The notes: generated from the sequence alone by a model not told the origin. Shown: positions 17,548 to 28,181, numbered from the stretch's first letter. The stretch is 32,000 nt of DNA from Candidatus Auribacterota bacterium (GCA_023136205.1 JAGLRQ010000042.1:1-32000); one strand, 5' to 3'. Made by a program: numbers and translations.

Positions 17548-17597
17548 CTTAATAATTGTAATTAAAATACAGCAAACATAATTTAGGAGGTGCTGAT

Positions 17598-19535
17598 ATG
17601 TCCAAAATAATCGGTATAGATTTAGGAACTACAAATTCATGTGTTGCTTTCATGGAGGGCGGTAAACCTTCGGTTATTCCCAATGCTGAAGGTGACCGGA
17701 CAACTCCGTCAGTTGTCGCCTTTACAAAAGGCGGTGAAAAACTGGTTGGGAAAACCGCAAAAAGACAGGCTATTACAAATCCTGCCAACACGGTTTTTTC
17801 AATTAAGAGATTTATGGGAAGGAAATTCGGCGAGGTAGGCTCGGAAATCAAAGAAGTTCCTTTTAAGGTAGGTGCCAGCGCGAACAACGATGCGGCCGTT
17901 GAAATTGGGAAAAAGCAATACACACCGCCGGAAATATCCGCGATGATTCTTCAGAAACTTAAAACCGACGCGGAAGCATACATCGGGGACAAAGTAACAA
18001 AAGCCGTAATAACGGTACCTGCTTACTTTAACGACAGCCAGAGACAGGCTACGAAGGACGCGGGTAAAATCGCCGGGCTTGAAGTAGAAAGAATAATAAA
18101 CGAACCAACAGCCGCGTCTTTAGCATACGGGCTTGATAAGAAAAAGGATGAAAAAATTGCGGTCTATGATTTAGGCGGCGGTACATTTGATATATCCATT
18201 CTTGATATCGGAGAAGGTGTTTTTGAAGTAAAGGCAACAAACGGGAACACACACCTTGGCGGAGATGATTTTGACCAGAGAATTATCGACTGGCTTCTTG
18301 AAGTATTCAAAAAAGATAACGGTATAGACCTGAAAAAAGATCCTATGGCTTTACAGAGGCTTAAAGAAGCGGCTGAAAAAGCAAAGATAGAACTTTCGTC
18401 TTCAACTGAAACTGAAATCAATTTACCGTTTATTACAGCCGATTCCACCGGGCCGAAACACCTTGTTGTAAAGCTTTCCAGGTCTAAACTGGAACAGCTT
18501 GTTGACGATTTAATACAGTCAACCGTTGAACCATGTAAAAAAGCTCTTGCTGACGCAAGCCTTAAGGCAGGGGAAATAGATGAGGTGATTCTTGTCGGCG
18601 GAATGACAAGAATGCCGAAGGTCATTGAAGTGGTAAAAAAATTCTTTGGCAAGGAACCACATAAGGGAGTAAACCCTGATGAGGTAGTTGCTACAGGAGC
18701 TGCTATCCAGGCAGGAGTGATACAGGGAGATGTACAGGATGTGGTCTTGCTTGACGTAACTCCTCTTTCCCTGGGAATAGAAACACTAGGAGGAGTTTTT
18801 ACAAAACTTATAGAAAGAAATACCACTATTCCCGTGGATAAAAGCGAAATATTCTCCACGGCTGCCGACAGTCAGCCAAGTGTGGATATACATGTCCTGC
18901 AGGGGGAACGCCCTATGGCAACAGGTAACAAAACCATAGGAAAATTCCAGCTTGTCGGAATACCGCCTGCGCCAAGGGGAGTTCCTCAAATCGAAGTAAA
19001 ATTTAGCATAGACAGAAATGGTATTATCAATGTTTCAGCAAAAGATCTTGGAACCGGAAAAGAACAGAATATTACCATTAAGGCTTCCAGCGGCCTTTCC
19101 GAAAAAGACATAGACCGCATGGTTCAAGATGCTGAAGCGCATGCTTCGGAAGATACAAAACTGAAAGAAAAAGTAGAAGCAAAAAACAGCGCGGAGAATG
19201 CTGTATACCAAGCTGAAAAAACACTGAAAGAACACAAGGATAAAATCCCTGATGATAAGAAAGCACCGGTAGAAAGCGCTATCAAAGATGTAAAAGATGC
19301 AATTGCCTCGGATGATACTGAAAAAATAAAATCCACGACGGAAGCGCTGATGAATGCTTTCCACGCGATTTCTCAGGAGATATACAAGAAAGCCACACAG
19401 GATCAGCAAGCGCAGCAGCAGCCGGGACAACAGCCTGATACAGGCCCTGAAGATAAACCAAAAAGCTCCGATGAAAATGTAGTAGATGCTGATTTTAAAG
19501 TTGTTGATGATGATAAAAATAATAAACAAAAGTAA
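17598..19535 (+). CDS. dnaK: Molecular chaperone DnaK (Hsp70)
   Basis: An AGGAGG Shine-Dalgarno is present. Canonical Hsp70 signatures are [25 protein letters not shown] and [13 protein letters not shown], with an acidic C-terminal tail. Confidence 0.97.
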   Translation: MSKIIGIDLGTTNSCVAFMEGGKPSVIPNAEGDRTTPSVVAFTKGGEKLVGKTAKRQAITNPANTVFSIKRFMGRKFGEVGSEIKEVPFKVGASANNDAAVEIGKKQYTPPEISAMILQKLKTDAEAYIGDKVTKAVITVPAYFNDSQRQATKDAGKIAGLEVERIINEPTAASLAYGLDKKKDEKIAVYDLGGGTFDISILDIGEGVFEVKATNGNTHLGGDDFDQRIIDWLLEVFKKDNGIDLKKDPMALQRLKEAAEKAKIELSSSTETEINLPFITADSTGPKHLVVKLSRSKLEQLVDDLIQSTVEPCKKALADASLKAGEIDEVILVGGMTRMPKVIEVVKKFFGKEPHKGVNPDEVVATGAAIQAGVIQGDVQDVVLLDVTPLSLGIETLGGVFTKLIERNTTIPVDKSEIFSTAADSQPSVDIHVLQGERPMATGNKTIGKFQLVGIPPAPRGVPQIEVKFSIDRNGIINVSAKDLGTGKEQNITIKASSGLSEKDIDRMVQDAEAHASEDTKLKEKVEAKNSAENAVYQAEKTLKEHKDKIPDDKKAPVESAIKDVKDAIASDDTEKIKSTTEALMNAFHAISQEIYKKATQDQQAQQQPGQQPDTGPEDKPKSSDENVVDADFKVVDDDKNNKQK

Positions 19536-19553
19536 AAGAAGGGAGGAAAACGC

Positions 19554-21523
<1,970 letters not shown>

Positions 21524-21557
21524 TCTGCCACCAGCAGCAAAATAAAAAAACCAAAAA

Positions 21558-21588
21558 GGCTCCCTGAAGTTCAGGGGGCCTTTTTTAT
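21558..21588 (+). terminator. Intrinsic terminator of the dnaK-groESL operon
   Basis: GGCTCCCTG pairs with CAGGGGGCC (9 bp, one G-U pair) across loop AAGTT. TTTTTTATT follows. Confidence 0.8.
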
Positions 21589-21603
21589 TAAGTTTCGATA
21601 TTG

Positions 21604-21660
21604 TCCCAAATTTTGGGATTACCCCGCCGTTCGCCAAAATTTCCCATGGAAATTTTGGCG
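21604..21660. promoter_or_regulatory. Two palindromes sharing a CCAAA(A)TTT core upstream of ktrB
   Basis: TCCCAAA-T-TTTGGGA lies at 21604-21618. CGCCAAAATTTCC-CAT-GGAAATTTTGGCG lies at 21632-21660, with a perfect 13-bp stem. No U-tract follows either one. Confidence 0.4.
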
Positions 21661-21707
21661 GCAAAAAAGAGTGGAAATAGCCGGTTGCAACCTTTATAAT
21701 TTCACAA

Positions 21708-23114
21708 ATGAACGAAATTCTAAAAAAGAAAACAAAAAAGATTAATCCGCCCAAGCTGATATTTTTTTCCTATCTGGCAATAATAATACTGGGTGCTTTT
21801 TTACTTTCCCTTCCTGCTTCAGTAGCGGGGGAGGAAAGACTGCAATTTGTTGATGCTGTTTTCCTGTCCACGTCCGCCACCTGTGTCACCGGTCTCGTTG
21901 TAAAAAACATTGGAGTTGATTTAAGTATCTTCGGACAGATTGTAATCCTGGCGCTCATACAGATAGGCGGCCTCGGCATAATGACAATGTCCACTTTCTT
22001 CCTGCTAATTATCGGCAAAAAATTATCAATGAGGGATCAGCTTATAATAAGGGACAGCCTTGATAAAACAAAAAGGGGGGGGGTAACCAGCCTGATAAAA
22101 TCAGTCCTGCTATTCACTTTTATAACCGAGCTTTTAGGGGCTGCTTTCTTATATATAAGATTCAAGGTTTCTGACAATCCGGTTCTTCCATACGGCTCGG
22201 AAATAAAACTTATCTACTATTCTGTGTTCCACGCGGTTTCCGCTTTCTGCAACGCGGGATTTACTCTTTTTACCAATAACCTCGAGGCTTTTTCCTCGGA
22301 TCCTGCGGTTATTTCTATTATGGCAGCTTTGATAATCCTCGGAGGCTTGGGGTTTTTGGTAGTGTTTAATATCCAGAAAATGCGGTTCTGGAAAACCGAT
22401 AAAACAATAAAAGGAAGATTAAGCCTTCATTCAAAAATTGTACTTACTTCAACATTGATACTGCTTGTCTTCGGAGCAGTAATAATCGGATCAATAGAAT
22501 GGGATAATACCCTGAAGGACCTCAGTATTTACCAGAAAATACAATCTTCCATCTTCTGCGCCACCACACCCAGAACCGCGGGATTTAATATAATCAATAC
22601 GAATTCAATGAAAACCGCTACTCTTTTCTTTATTATGTTCCTCATGTTTGTAGGGGCATCGCCTGGTTCCACGGGAGGAGGGATTAAAACATGCACTCTG
22701 GCCATACTGGTTGCCACTACATATTCAATGATCAAGGGAAATCCGCATGTTACTATTTACAAAAGGACTGTGCCTCACAGAATTGTCCAGGAAGCCATTT
22801 CCATTGTCATAATATCCACATATATTATCCTTATCGCGGCAACCTTTCTTTTAATTACGGAGCAGGTTTCTGAAGTAAGGACAATGGTGGCCAACGGCTA
22901 CCTTGCCAAGATTTTATTTGAGGTTATATCCGCGTTCGGAACTGTCGGCCTTTCCACAGGAATAACACCTTATCTTTCGACTATAGGAAAATTTCTTGTT
23001 ATAATAATAATGCTTGTTGGAAGGATAAGCCCGTTGACAATTGCGCTGATAGTTGGGAAAACGGAGGATTATCCTTCAATAAAATACCCTGAAGAAACGG
23101 TAATGGTAGGATAG
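21708..23114 (+). CDS. ktrB: TrkH/KtrB-family potassium transporter membrane subunit
   Basis: The 468-aa polytopic protein has repeated selectivity-filter-like segments (TCVTGL, NAGF, RTAGFN, TVGLSTG). Confidence 0.9.
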   Translation: MNEILKKKTKKINPPKLIFFSYLAIIILGAFLLSLPASVAGEERLQFVDAVFLSTSATCVTGLVVKNIGVDLSIFGQIVILALIQIGGLGIMTMSTFFLLIIGKKLSMRDQLIIRDSLDKTKRGGVTSLIKSVLLFTFITELLGAAFLYIRFKVSDNPVLPYGSEIKLIYYSVFHAVSAFCNAGFTLFTNNLEAFSSDPAVISIMAALIILGGLGFLVVFNIQKMRFWKTDKTIKGRLSLHSKIVLTSTLILLVFGAVIIGSIEWDNTLKDLSIYQKIQSSIFCATTPRTAGFNIINTNSMKTATLFFIMFLMFVGASPGSTGGGIKTCTLAILVATTYSMIKGNPHVTIYKRTVPHRIVQEAISIVIISTYIILIAATFLLITEQVSEVRTMVANGYLAKILFEVISAFGTVGLSTGITPYLSTIGKFLVIIIMLVGRISPLTIALIVGKTEDYPSIKYPEETVMVG

Positions 23115-23127
23115 AAAGGAGGATATA

Positions 23128-23796
23128 ATGCAGTTTGCTGTAATAGGAGCCGGCAGGTTTGGGGCAAGCGTTTCACAGGCGCTGAGCCAGAAAGGATACG
23201 AAGTGCTGGCGATAGACTCCGATCCTGACAGGGTTCAGGAGATGAATGAAATAGCAACCCATGCTGTTACAATGGATGCTACTGATGAAAAAGCTCTTAA
23301 GGCTGTCGGAATTGAAAACATTGATGTGGCTATAGTTTCTATAGCAGAAAAGTTAGAATCAAGTATCCTTGTCACGATGATTTTAAAAGAACTTGGAGTC
23401 AACACTGTTATTTCCAAGGCAAGGAGCCTTTCTCACGGAAAGGTCCTGCAGAAGGTAGGGGCGGACAGGGTTATTTTCCCGGAAAGAGATATGGGAATCC
23501 GGCTTGCTAACAGCCTTGTTTCACCGGATATTTTCGAGCAGATAGAAATATCTCCCGGATTTAATATTGCCGAAGTCGAAATATCTGCTTCTCTTAACGG
23601 CAAAACTCTCAAAGAAAGCCAGTTGAGACAGAACTACAACATTAATGTTATCGCGGTGAAAAGCAAACAGAATAAAAATTCAAAAGGGAAAATTTCAATT
23701 AATATAACCCCGGAACCAAACCACGTGCTTAAAGAAGGAAATATGCTCGTTGTAATTGGGGAAACCGATAAAATCGAAAAGTTTAAGGAGATTTAA
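23128..23796 (+). CDS. ktrA: TrkA/KtrA-family potassium uptake regulatory (RCK) subunit
   Basis: An AGGAGG Shine-Dalgarno is present. The 222-aa product has the Rossmann motif VIGAGRFG and TrkA-N plus TrkA-C domains. Confidence 0.9.
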   Translation: MQFAVIGAGRFGASVSQALSQKGYEVLAIDSDPDRVQEMNEIATHAVTMDATDEKALKAVGIENIDVAIVSIAEKLESSILVTMILKELGVNTVISKARSLSHGKVLQKVGADRVIFPERDMGIRLANSLVSPDIFEQIEISPGFNIAEVEISASLNGKTLKESQLRQNYNINVIAVKSKQNKNSKGKISINITPEPNHVLKEGNMLVVIGETDKIEKFKEI

Positions 23797-23797
23797 A

Positions 23798-24400
23798 GTG
23801 AAAAAACTCGCACTTATGTGTGCATTGTTTACCGCTTCATTATTCCTGTGTGCTTTCTTGTCTTCTCCTCCAAGCAAAAATATCACAACCACATCGGGGG
23901 ATTTTAATGCCCTTAATGTAAAAATACACACTGTCGCTGTCCTTCCCATAGATAATACAACAAATAAAAAGGCAGCAGGGAAGTGGGTCAGGAAAGCTTT
24001 AATTGAAGGATTCAAATCTTTCCGGTATTACACCGTACTGAACGAAGAAATTACCGACAAAAAATTAAAAGAAGCCGGTATCTCTGATATACACGCGTCT
24101 TCTCCAAGAAAGATCGGCACTGTACTTGGAGCGGACGCTATCATTTACACCAGGCTTGCAAAATTCAAAGAAAGTGTTAATCTCGCTTTTGGTTCAGTAG
24201 AAACCAGCGCGAGGATTCAAATGGTGGATATTTCCGCACAAAAAATAATTTACGATTCCCAGCAAACTGATACTACCACCGGAATCACGCCGGGGGGGAT
24301 AATATTCGCGTCACTACAGGCAGTAAGAAACTTGCGGGATAAACTTTTAAAAAAGTACCCTCTCAAGAAGAAAGTTGAAACATATAAGCGTAGGAAATAA
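23798..24400 (+). CDS. Putative lipoprotein, unknown function
   Basis: I prefer the GTG at 23798, which lies 8 nt after AAGGAG and 1 nt after the ktrA stop. The signal peptide is lipobox-like (LFTASLFLC). Confidence 0.55.
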   Translation: MKKLALMCALFTASLFLCAFLSSPPSKNITTTSGDFNALNVKIHTVAVLPIDNTTNKKAAGKWVRKALIEGFKSFRYYTVLNEEITDKKLKEAGISDIHASSPRKIGTVLGADAIIYTRLAKFKESVNLAFGSVETSARIQMVDISAQKIIYDSQQTDTTTGITPGGIIFASLQAVRNLRDKLLKKYPLKKKVETYKRRK

Positions 24401-24409
24401 AGGGTTGAT

Positions 24410-25141
24410 TTATAGTTTGCCCTTTTCTCTAATAAGGCTGTGAAGTTCACGCAAGGCTTCAGGAACTCCTATATCGCCCCAGTAACCCTTGAGGTCAAAA
24501 CCTCTGACGTCCATCTTATCTCTAATCATCATGAGTATGGCATCAGTAAGTTCGTACTCACCACGGATAGATTTTTTAAGCCTGGCTGTATAATCAAAGA
24601 TGGCCGGTTTAAATATATATATACCGGCATTCTCTTTGTGGGAAACAATTTTATCGGGGTCAGGTTTTTCTACAAGATCGGTAATACGGTTATTTCTGTC
24701 CAGGGTTATAGCTCCGCCGCTGGATGCGTCAGGAACATTTTTAAAGGATACAAGAGCATCGCAATTGGTCTTTGTAAAATAGTGAGAAATCGCGGGATAG
24801 TTATCATGTATGGTCAAGACATCCCCATAGGAAAGAAGAAATGGGTCATCCCCGATAAAATCTCTTGCAAGTTCCGGAGCCTTGCCTGTTCCATCCTGAA
24901 TCAACTGGCGCTTATATAATATATCCAGTCCGAATTTTGACCCGTTCCCGAAGTAACCTTCAATTACTTCAGCCTGATATCCGGTAATCAGCATAATCTT
25001 CTTAATACCCATATGCTTTAAGGAAAGAACTATGTATTCCAGAACGGGGGACCCATGGGCCTTGAGCATGGGCTTTGGGCAGTCCTTTGTAAGTTCTTTC
25101 ATTCTTTTCCCTTGCCCTGCCGCTAAAATCACCGCTTTCAT
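24410..25141 (-). CDS. Sugar-phosphate nucleotidyltransferase (RmlA / mannose-1-P guanylyltransferase-like fold)
   Basis: The N-terminus MKAVILAAGQGKRM...PKPML is the classic NTP-transferase signature. A GGAGA Shine-Dalgarno is present on the minus strand. Confidence 0.85.
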   Translation of the reverse strand: MKAVILAAGQGKRMKELTKDCPKPMLKAHGSPVLEYIVLSLKHMGIKKIMLITGYQAEVIEGYFGNGSKFGLDILYKRQLIQDGTGKAPELARDFIGDDPFLLSYGDVLTIHDNYPAISHYFTKTNCDALVSFKNVPDASSGGAITLDRNNRITDLVEKPDPDKIVSHKENAGIYIFKPAIFDYTARLKKSIRGEYELTDAILMMIRDKMDVRGFDLKGYWGDIGVPEALRELHSLIREKGKL

Positions 25142-25247
25142 AAGTTTCTCCTCTTTGTCTGATAAATCATTTTTTTCTATATCAACGGGATACTATTAAA
25201 AGAACCGCGTAAAATCAAGGATTAATTTTAGGTCATCCACAAAATGG

Positions 25248-25276
25248 TTGACATGCGGCAATATATAATTCAGAAT
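25248..25276 (+). promoter_or_regulatory. Candidate sigma-70 promoter for the second solute-binding protein operon
   Basis: TTGACA (25248-25253), a 17-nt spacer, then CAGAAT (25271-25276). A perfect TATAAT also sits at 25264-25269. Confidence 0.35.
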
Positions 25277-25327
25277 ATTTTGCTAGTCGTTATTGAGAAA
25301 ATCAAGGAAAAGGGGAGGATAAACAGC

Positions 25328-26608
25328 ATGAACAGACTATTATCTATTATTGTTCTAACCGCTGTAATTATTTCATTTCTTGGCGGATGCGCTAAGGTCG
25401 GAAAACAGGACGATGCAATAAAAATTGAGGTGGCCTACTGGGGTTCACCCGAAGAAATAGACATTATTACCGCCACAATCAGGAACTGGGAAAAAGACCA
25501 CCCGAATATCAAGGTTGTTTTAAGCCACGTAGCCGGCGGCGGCTATGAGTCAAAAATACTTACTCGTATAGTAGCCGGTTCGGCTCCGGACATAATGTTT
25601 GCCGAGGTTAATATATTTACATCGTTCATGACAAAAGGCGCTTTCCTCAATCTTACGCCTTTTGTTGAACGCGACCCTGAAATTTCAATAGAGAACTTTT
25701 TTCCGGAGGTCGTTAACCGTTTTACAATAGACGGACAATTATACTGTATCCCAAGGGACACAGCTCCGTTTGCCTGCGTGTTTTATAACAAAGACCTCTT
25801 TGATATGGCAGATGTACCTTATCCTTCCGATGACTGGACGCTTGACGAAATGCTTGAGATCGCGAAAAAACTCACCGTAAGAAAAGGCCATCGGCTTACG
25901 CAATACGGATTTTACTCATGGTGCTGGATGAATTTCATACACGCTTTTGGGGGTAGTATTGTTGACAATGTAGAAAATCCTACAAAATTTACCCTCGGCA
26001 AAAGGGAATCTATAGACGGCCTTCAGTTTTACGCGGACTTAATGAACAAACACGAGGTTATGCCCGACGCAACCACACTGGCCAATGTCGGGATGGCATT
26101 AAATGAATTATTCGTCTCCGGTAAACTGGCAATGTACAACTCCGGTATCTGGGAAACGCCTCAATTCAGAAAAATAAAAACTTTTGACTGGGACGTCGCA
26201 ATGTTTCCAAAAGGCCCTTCAGGAATCCGGGCATTCGGAACCGGAGGTTCAGGCTACTGCATATACAACAAAACCAAGCATCCTGAAGAAGCCTGGGAGG
26301 TCCTGAAAGCGCTCAGCGGGTCTTATGGGCAGGGAAGACTGGCTGAAAACGGCCTTGCCCAACCGGCGAATAGAACAATTGCCGAAGGGAAAGACTGGGC
26401 CTTAAGCCCTAAAAAACCAAAGAACAAGAAAATGCTGAATGACGCTGTAAAATACGCTGTTTATGAGCCTTTTACTCCCAAATGGAGAGAAATACTGGAC
26501 AACGTAATAACAAAAAAACTCGACCTGGTTTTCAATGGCAAAGAAAAGATGGAAGACATCGCCCCTCAAATTGATAAACACGCTGATGCTATACTACACG
26601 AAAAATAG
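25328..26608 (+). CDS. ABC transporter extracellular solute-binding lipoprotein (sugar-type family 1)
   Basis: I prefer the ATG at 25328, which follows AGGGGAGG and begins a lipoprotein signal ([21 protein letters not shown]). The upstream part of ORF 25244 overlaps the predicted promoter. No permease or ATPase gene is adjacent. Confidence 0.85.
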   Translation: MNRLLSIIVLTAVIISFLGGCAKVGKQDDAIKIEVAYWGSPEEIDIITATIRNWEKDHPNIKVVLSHVAGGGYESKILTRIVAGSAPDIMFAEVNIFTSFMTKGAFLNLTPFVERDPEISIENFFPEVVNRFTIDGQLYCIPRDTAPFACVFYNKDLFDMADVPYPSDDWTLDEMLEIAKKLTVRKGHRLTQYGFYSWCWMNFIHAFGGSIVDNVENPTKFTLGKRESIDGLQFYADLMNKHEVMPDATTLANVGMALNELFVSGKLAMYNSGIWETPQFRKIKTFDWDVAMFPKGPSGIRAFGTGGSGYCIYNKTKHPEEAWEVLKALSGSYGQGRLAENGLAQPANRTIAEGKDWALSPKKPKNKKMLNDAVKYAVYEPFTPKWREILDNVITKKLDLVFNGKEKMEDIAPQIDKHADAILHEK

Positions 26609-26634
26609 GCCGCGTTAAAGGAGGCTTTGCGAAA

Positions 26635-26850
26635 ATGGAATGCGTAAACAAATCAAAAAACATGCAAAATTGCAACTGCACCTATGAACCTTGTTCAAGA
26701 AAAGGTGTTTGCTGTGAATGTATTCAATACCATATGTCTATAGATCAACTTCCTGCGTGTTTTTTTCCGAATGACGCAGAAAAAACATATGACAGGTCAT
26801 TACGATATTTTATCGAACTTCATAAAGATACGGGTAGGTTCAAGCGATGA
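26635..26850 (+). CDS. Small cysteine-rich protein (I recall this pattern as DUF6485-like; unverified)
   Basis: An AGGAGG Shine-Dalgarno is present. The 71-aa product carries the motif [21 protein letters not shown]...LPACFF. Confidence 0.6.
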   Translation: MECVNKSKNMQNCNCTYEPCSRKGVCCECIQYHMSIDQLPACFFPNDAEKTYDRSLRYFIELHKDTGRFKR

Positions 26851-27425
26851 GAAAAACTCTAATCTCTCTTTTTTTAATCTTTGCCGCCTCCTGTTTTTTT
26901 AATCCGGCATACAGTTCCGAAATAGTAGACAGTGAGAAAATTAAAGCTGTGTCATGCTGGATTTATGAATACAAAGGGGCAGAGATAATCGTCTCCTTTT
27001 TCAAACATGAAGACATAAAAGACATTGAAAATAAATGGGCCAAATTAACAAAATCTGAGATAACAATAGGAATGATTTTCATCAATAATATAGGTGGCAG
27101 AAAAAAGGTCATCTTCGACACACAATACGGGGGAGTCAACATTCGAACCTTCTCAGGCGGCGCGCATGTAACCTACGACGCAAGGGCTACTGCCAAATGG
27201 CTTTTCGGAGAGGAATATGAATCAAAATTTTCAGCCGTAACCGTTCTTCCCGGAAAAACCGACAGAAGGCTTATAATGTTCTATGGTTCGGTTAACCCAA
27301 TGGATATTGAATCCGTGGGACTCTGTTTCGGTGGGAAATCCACCTGGAACATGCTAAGATCCAAAAAAGATAAAAAATACAAGGCTATGTCCTACATAAG
27401 CCCGGACAAAATTCTAAACGACTAA
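26847..27425 (+). CDS. Secreted hypothetical protein
   Basis: Its start overlaps the upstream stop in an ATGA overlap. It has a signal peptide ([18 protein letters not shown]). I recognise no family. Confidence 0.55.
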   Translation: MRKTLISLFLIFAASCFFNPAYSSEIVDSEKIKAVSCWIYEYKGAEIIVSFFKHEDIKDIENKWAKLTKSEITIGMIFINNIGGRKKVIFDTQYGGVNIRTFSGGAHVTYDARATAKWLFGEEYESKFSAVTVLPGKTDRRLIMFYGSVNPMDIESVGLCFGGKSTWNMLRSKKDKKYKAMSYISPDKILND

Positions 27426-27559
27426 TATTTCGCGCAGTGTAATTCTGAACTCCCGGTATCTTAAAACGCCGTATATAAGGGCTAAAACCTTCCATATTTG
27501 ACGCTCTAAGCCACACAAAGAGAGAACTTCGACCATAAATTTCATTGGTTGGTATTTTT

Positions 27560-27605
27560 TTATCAACAACACTTATCAACAGTTTTTCCACACAAGATAT
27601 CCACA
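27560..27605 (+). promoter_or_regulatory. Cluster of four same-orientation DnaA-box-like 9-mers
   Basis: The boxes are TTATCAACA (27560), TTATCAACA (27573), TTTTCCACA (27584) and ATATCCACA (27597). Each matches TTATCCACA at 8 of 9 positions, and starts are spaced 13, 11 and 13 bp apart. Confidence 0.4.
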
Positions 27606-27670
27606 ACTTCTTAACTGTCGATGTCACAATATGTTATGTATGTTTTTCCAGGGGTTTTTAAATAAGCCTA

Positions 27671-27698
27671 AGTTTACATAATATATATTATCGGACGT
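27671..27698 (-). other. dif: dif, the XerC/XerD chromosome dimer resolution site
   Basis: The reverse complement reads ACGTCCGATAA-TATATA-TTATGTAAACT. As I recall it, B. subtilis dif is ACTTCCTAGAA-TATATA-TTATGTAAACT, which gives 25 of 28 matches with an identical central region and XerD arm. The XerD arm also matches E. coli dif at 9 of 11. The site sits at the point where plus-strand and minus-strand gene blocks converge. Confidence 0.75.
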
Positions 27699-28165
27699 TG
27701 TAAAAATAGAATAACCTACACCAAAAAAGTTCTCCAATTGAAAATACATCCTACAAGGTATGACTACCCTTCATCTATTTTTACAACATCCGATAATATC
27801 AGAGGTTTATAAGACGTTCTTGCGAACATCCCATAAACCTCTGACGAATCTGAATTGTAGAATAACCGACACCCAAAAACCTCTCCAATTAAAGAATTAC
27901 ATCCTAAGGTTGGCCTTATAAGGCTCATACTCATCTATTTTTACAACATCCGATAATATCACAGGTTTATAAGACGTTCTTACGAACATCCCATAAACCT
28001 CTAACTGAAACTCGGACGTTGCAAAAATAGAATAACCTGAACCCAAAAACCTCTAACGAAAAGGGTCATTTTTTAATAAACATACTTAAACATCCCTATA
28101 AGCTTTTTCATCCCATATAATAAAAAAGAGATTATATGACGTTTTTGCAAACATCTTATAATCCC
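27685..28165. repeat. Tandem array (~160-bp period, ~2.3 copies plus one diverged copy) of hairpin modules starting inside the dif XerC arm
   Basis: A 26-bp inverted repeat pairs 27685-27710 with 27774-27799, with one mismatch. Segment 27774-27843 repeats at 27934-28003 with 67 of 70 identical. The left-arm sequence recurs at 28012-28037. A diverged copy of the second hairpin lies at 28128-28165. Confidence 0.85.
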
Positions 28166-28181
28166 TTGCTTATAATTTACA

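Noticed and set aside
17410-17597. CIRCE operator (TTAGCACTC-N9-GAGTGCTAA) or a strong sigma-32-type promoter before dnaK
   Set aside because: I searched the intergenic region by eye on both strands and found no match beyond scattered trinucleotides.
18164-18859. Long antisense ORFs inside dnaK, groEL, the large TPR protein gene and others (for example 18164-18859, 20074-20454, 6740-7312, 19035-19529)
   Set aside because: These are shadow ORFs opposite confidently identified genes. Their composition is low-complexity or Ser/Phe/Ile-rich, and they have no Shine-Dalgarno sequences.
21590-21707. c-di-AMP (ydaO/kimA-type) riboswitch upstream of ktrB
   Set aside because: The region is short, and I could not find the conserved pseudo-symmetric ACGGGG / GGGGA-type cores. 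Only simple palindromes are present.
27385-27627. 80-aa minus-strand ORF covering the DnaA-box-like cluster
   Set aside because: It has no Shine-Dalgarno and an odd composition, overlaps the 3' end of the upstream gene, and is created by an AT-rich non-coding sequence.
27774-27799. Tus-Ter-like fork-arrest site: the minus strand reads GGATGTTGTAAAAAT, sharing ATGTTGTAA with the E. coli Ter core
   Set aside because: The critical C that follows GTTGTAA in Ter is an A here. Tus is confined to a narrow group of proteobacteria. The sequence is already explained as part of the inverted repeat derived from the dif arm, so the resemblance is probably coincidence.
27685-28165. CRISPR array interpretation of the repeats
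   Set aside because: The period is ~160 bp, not 55-75 bp. The repeated parts are 70 or more nt long and internally palindromic over 26 bp. There is no repeat-spacer alternation and no cas gene in the window.
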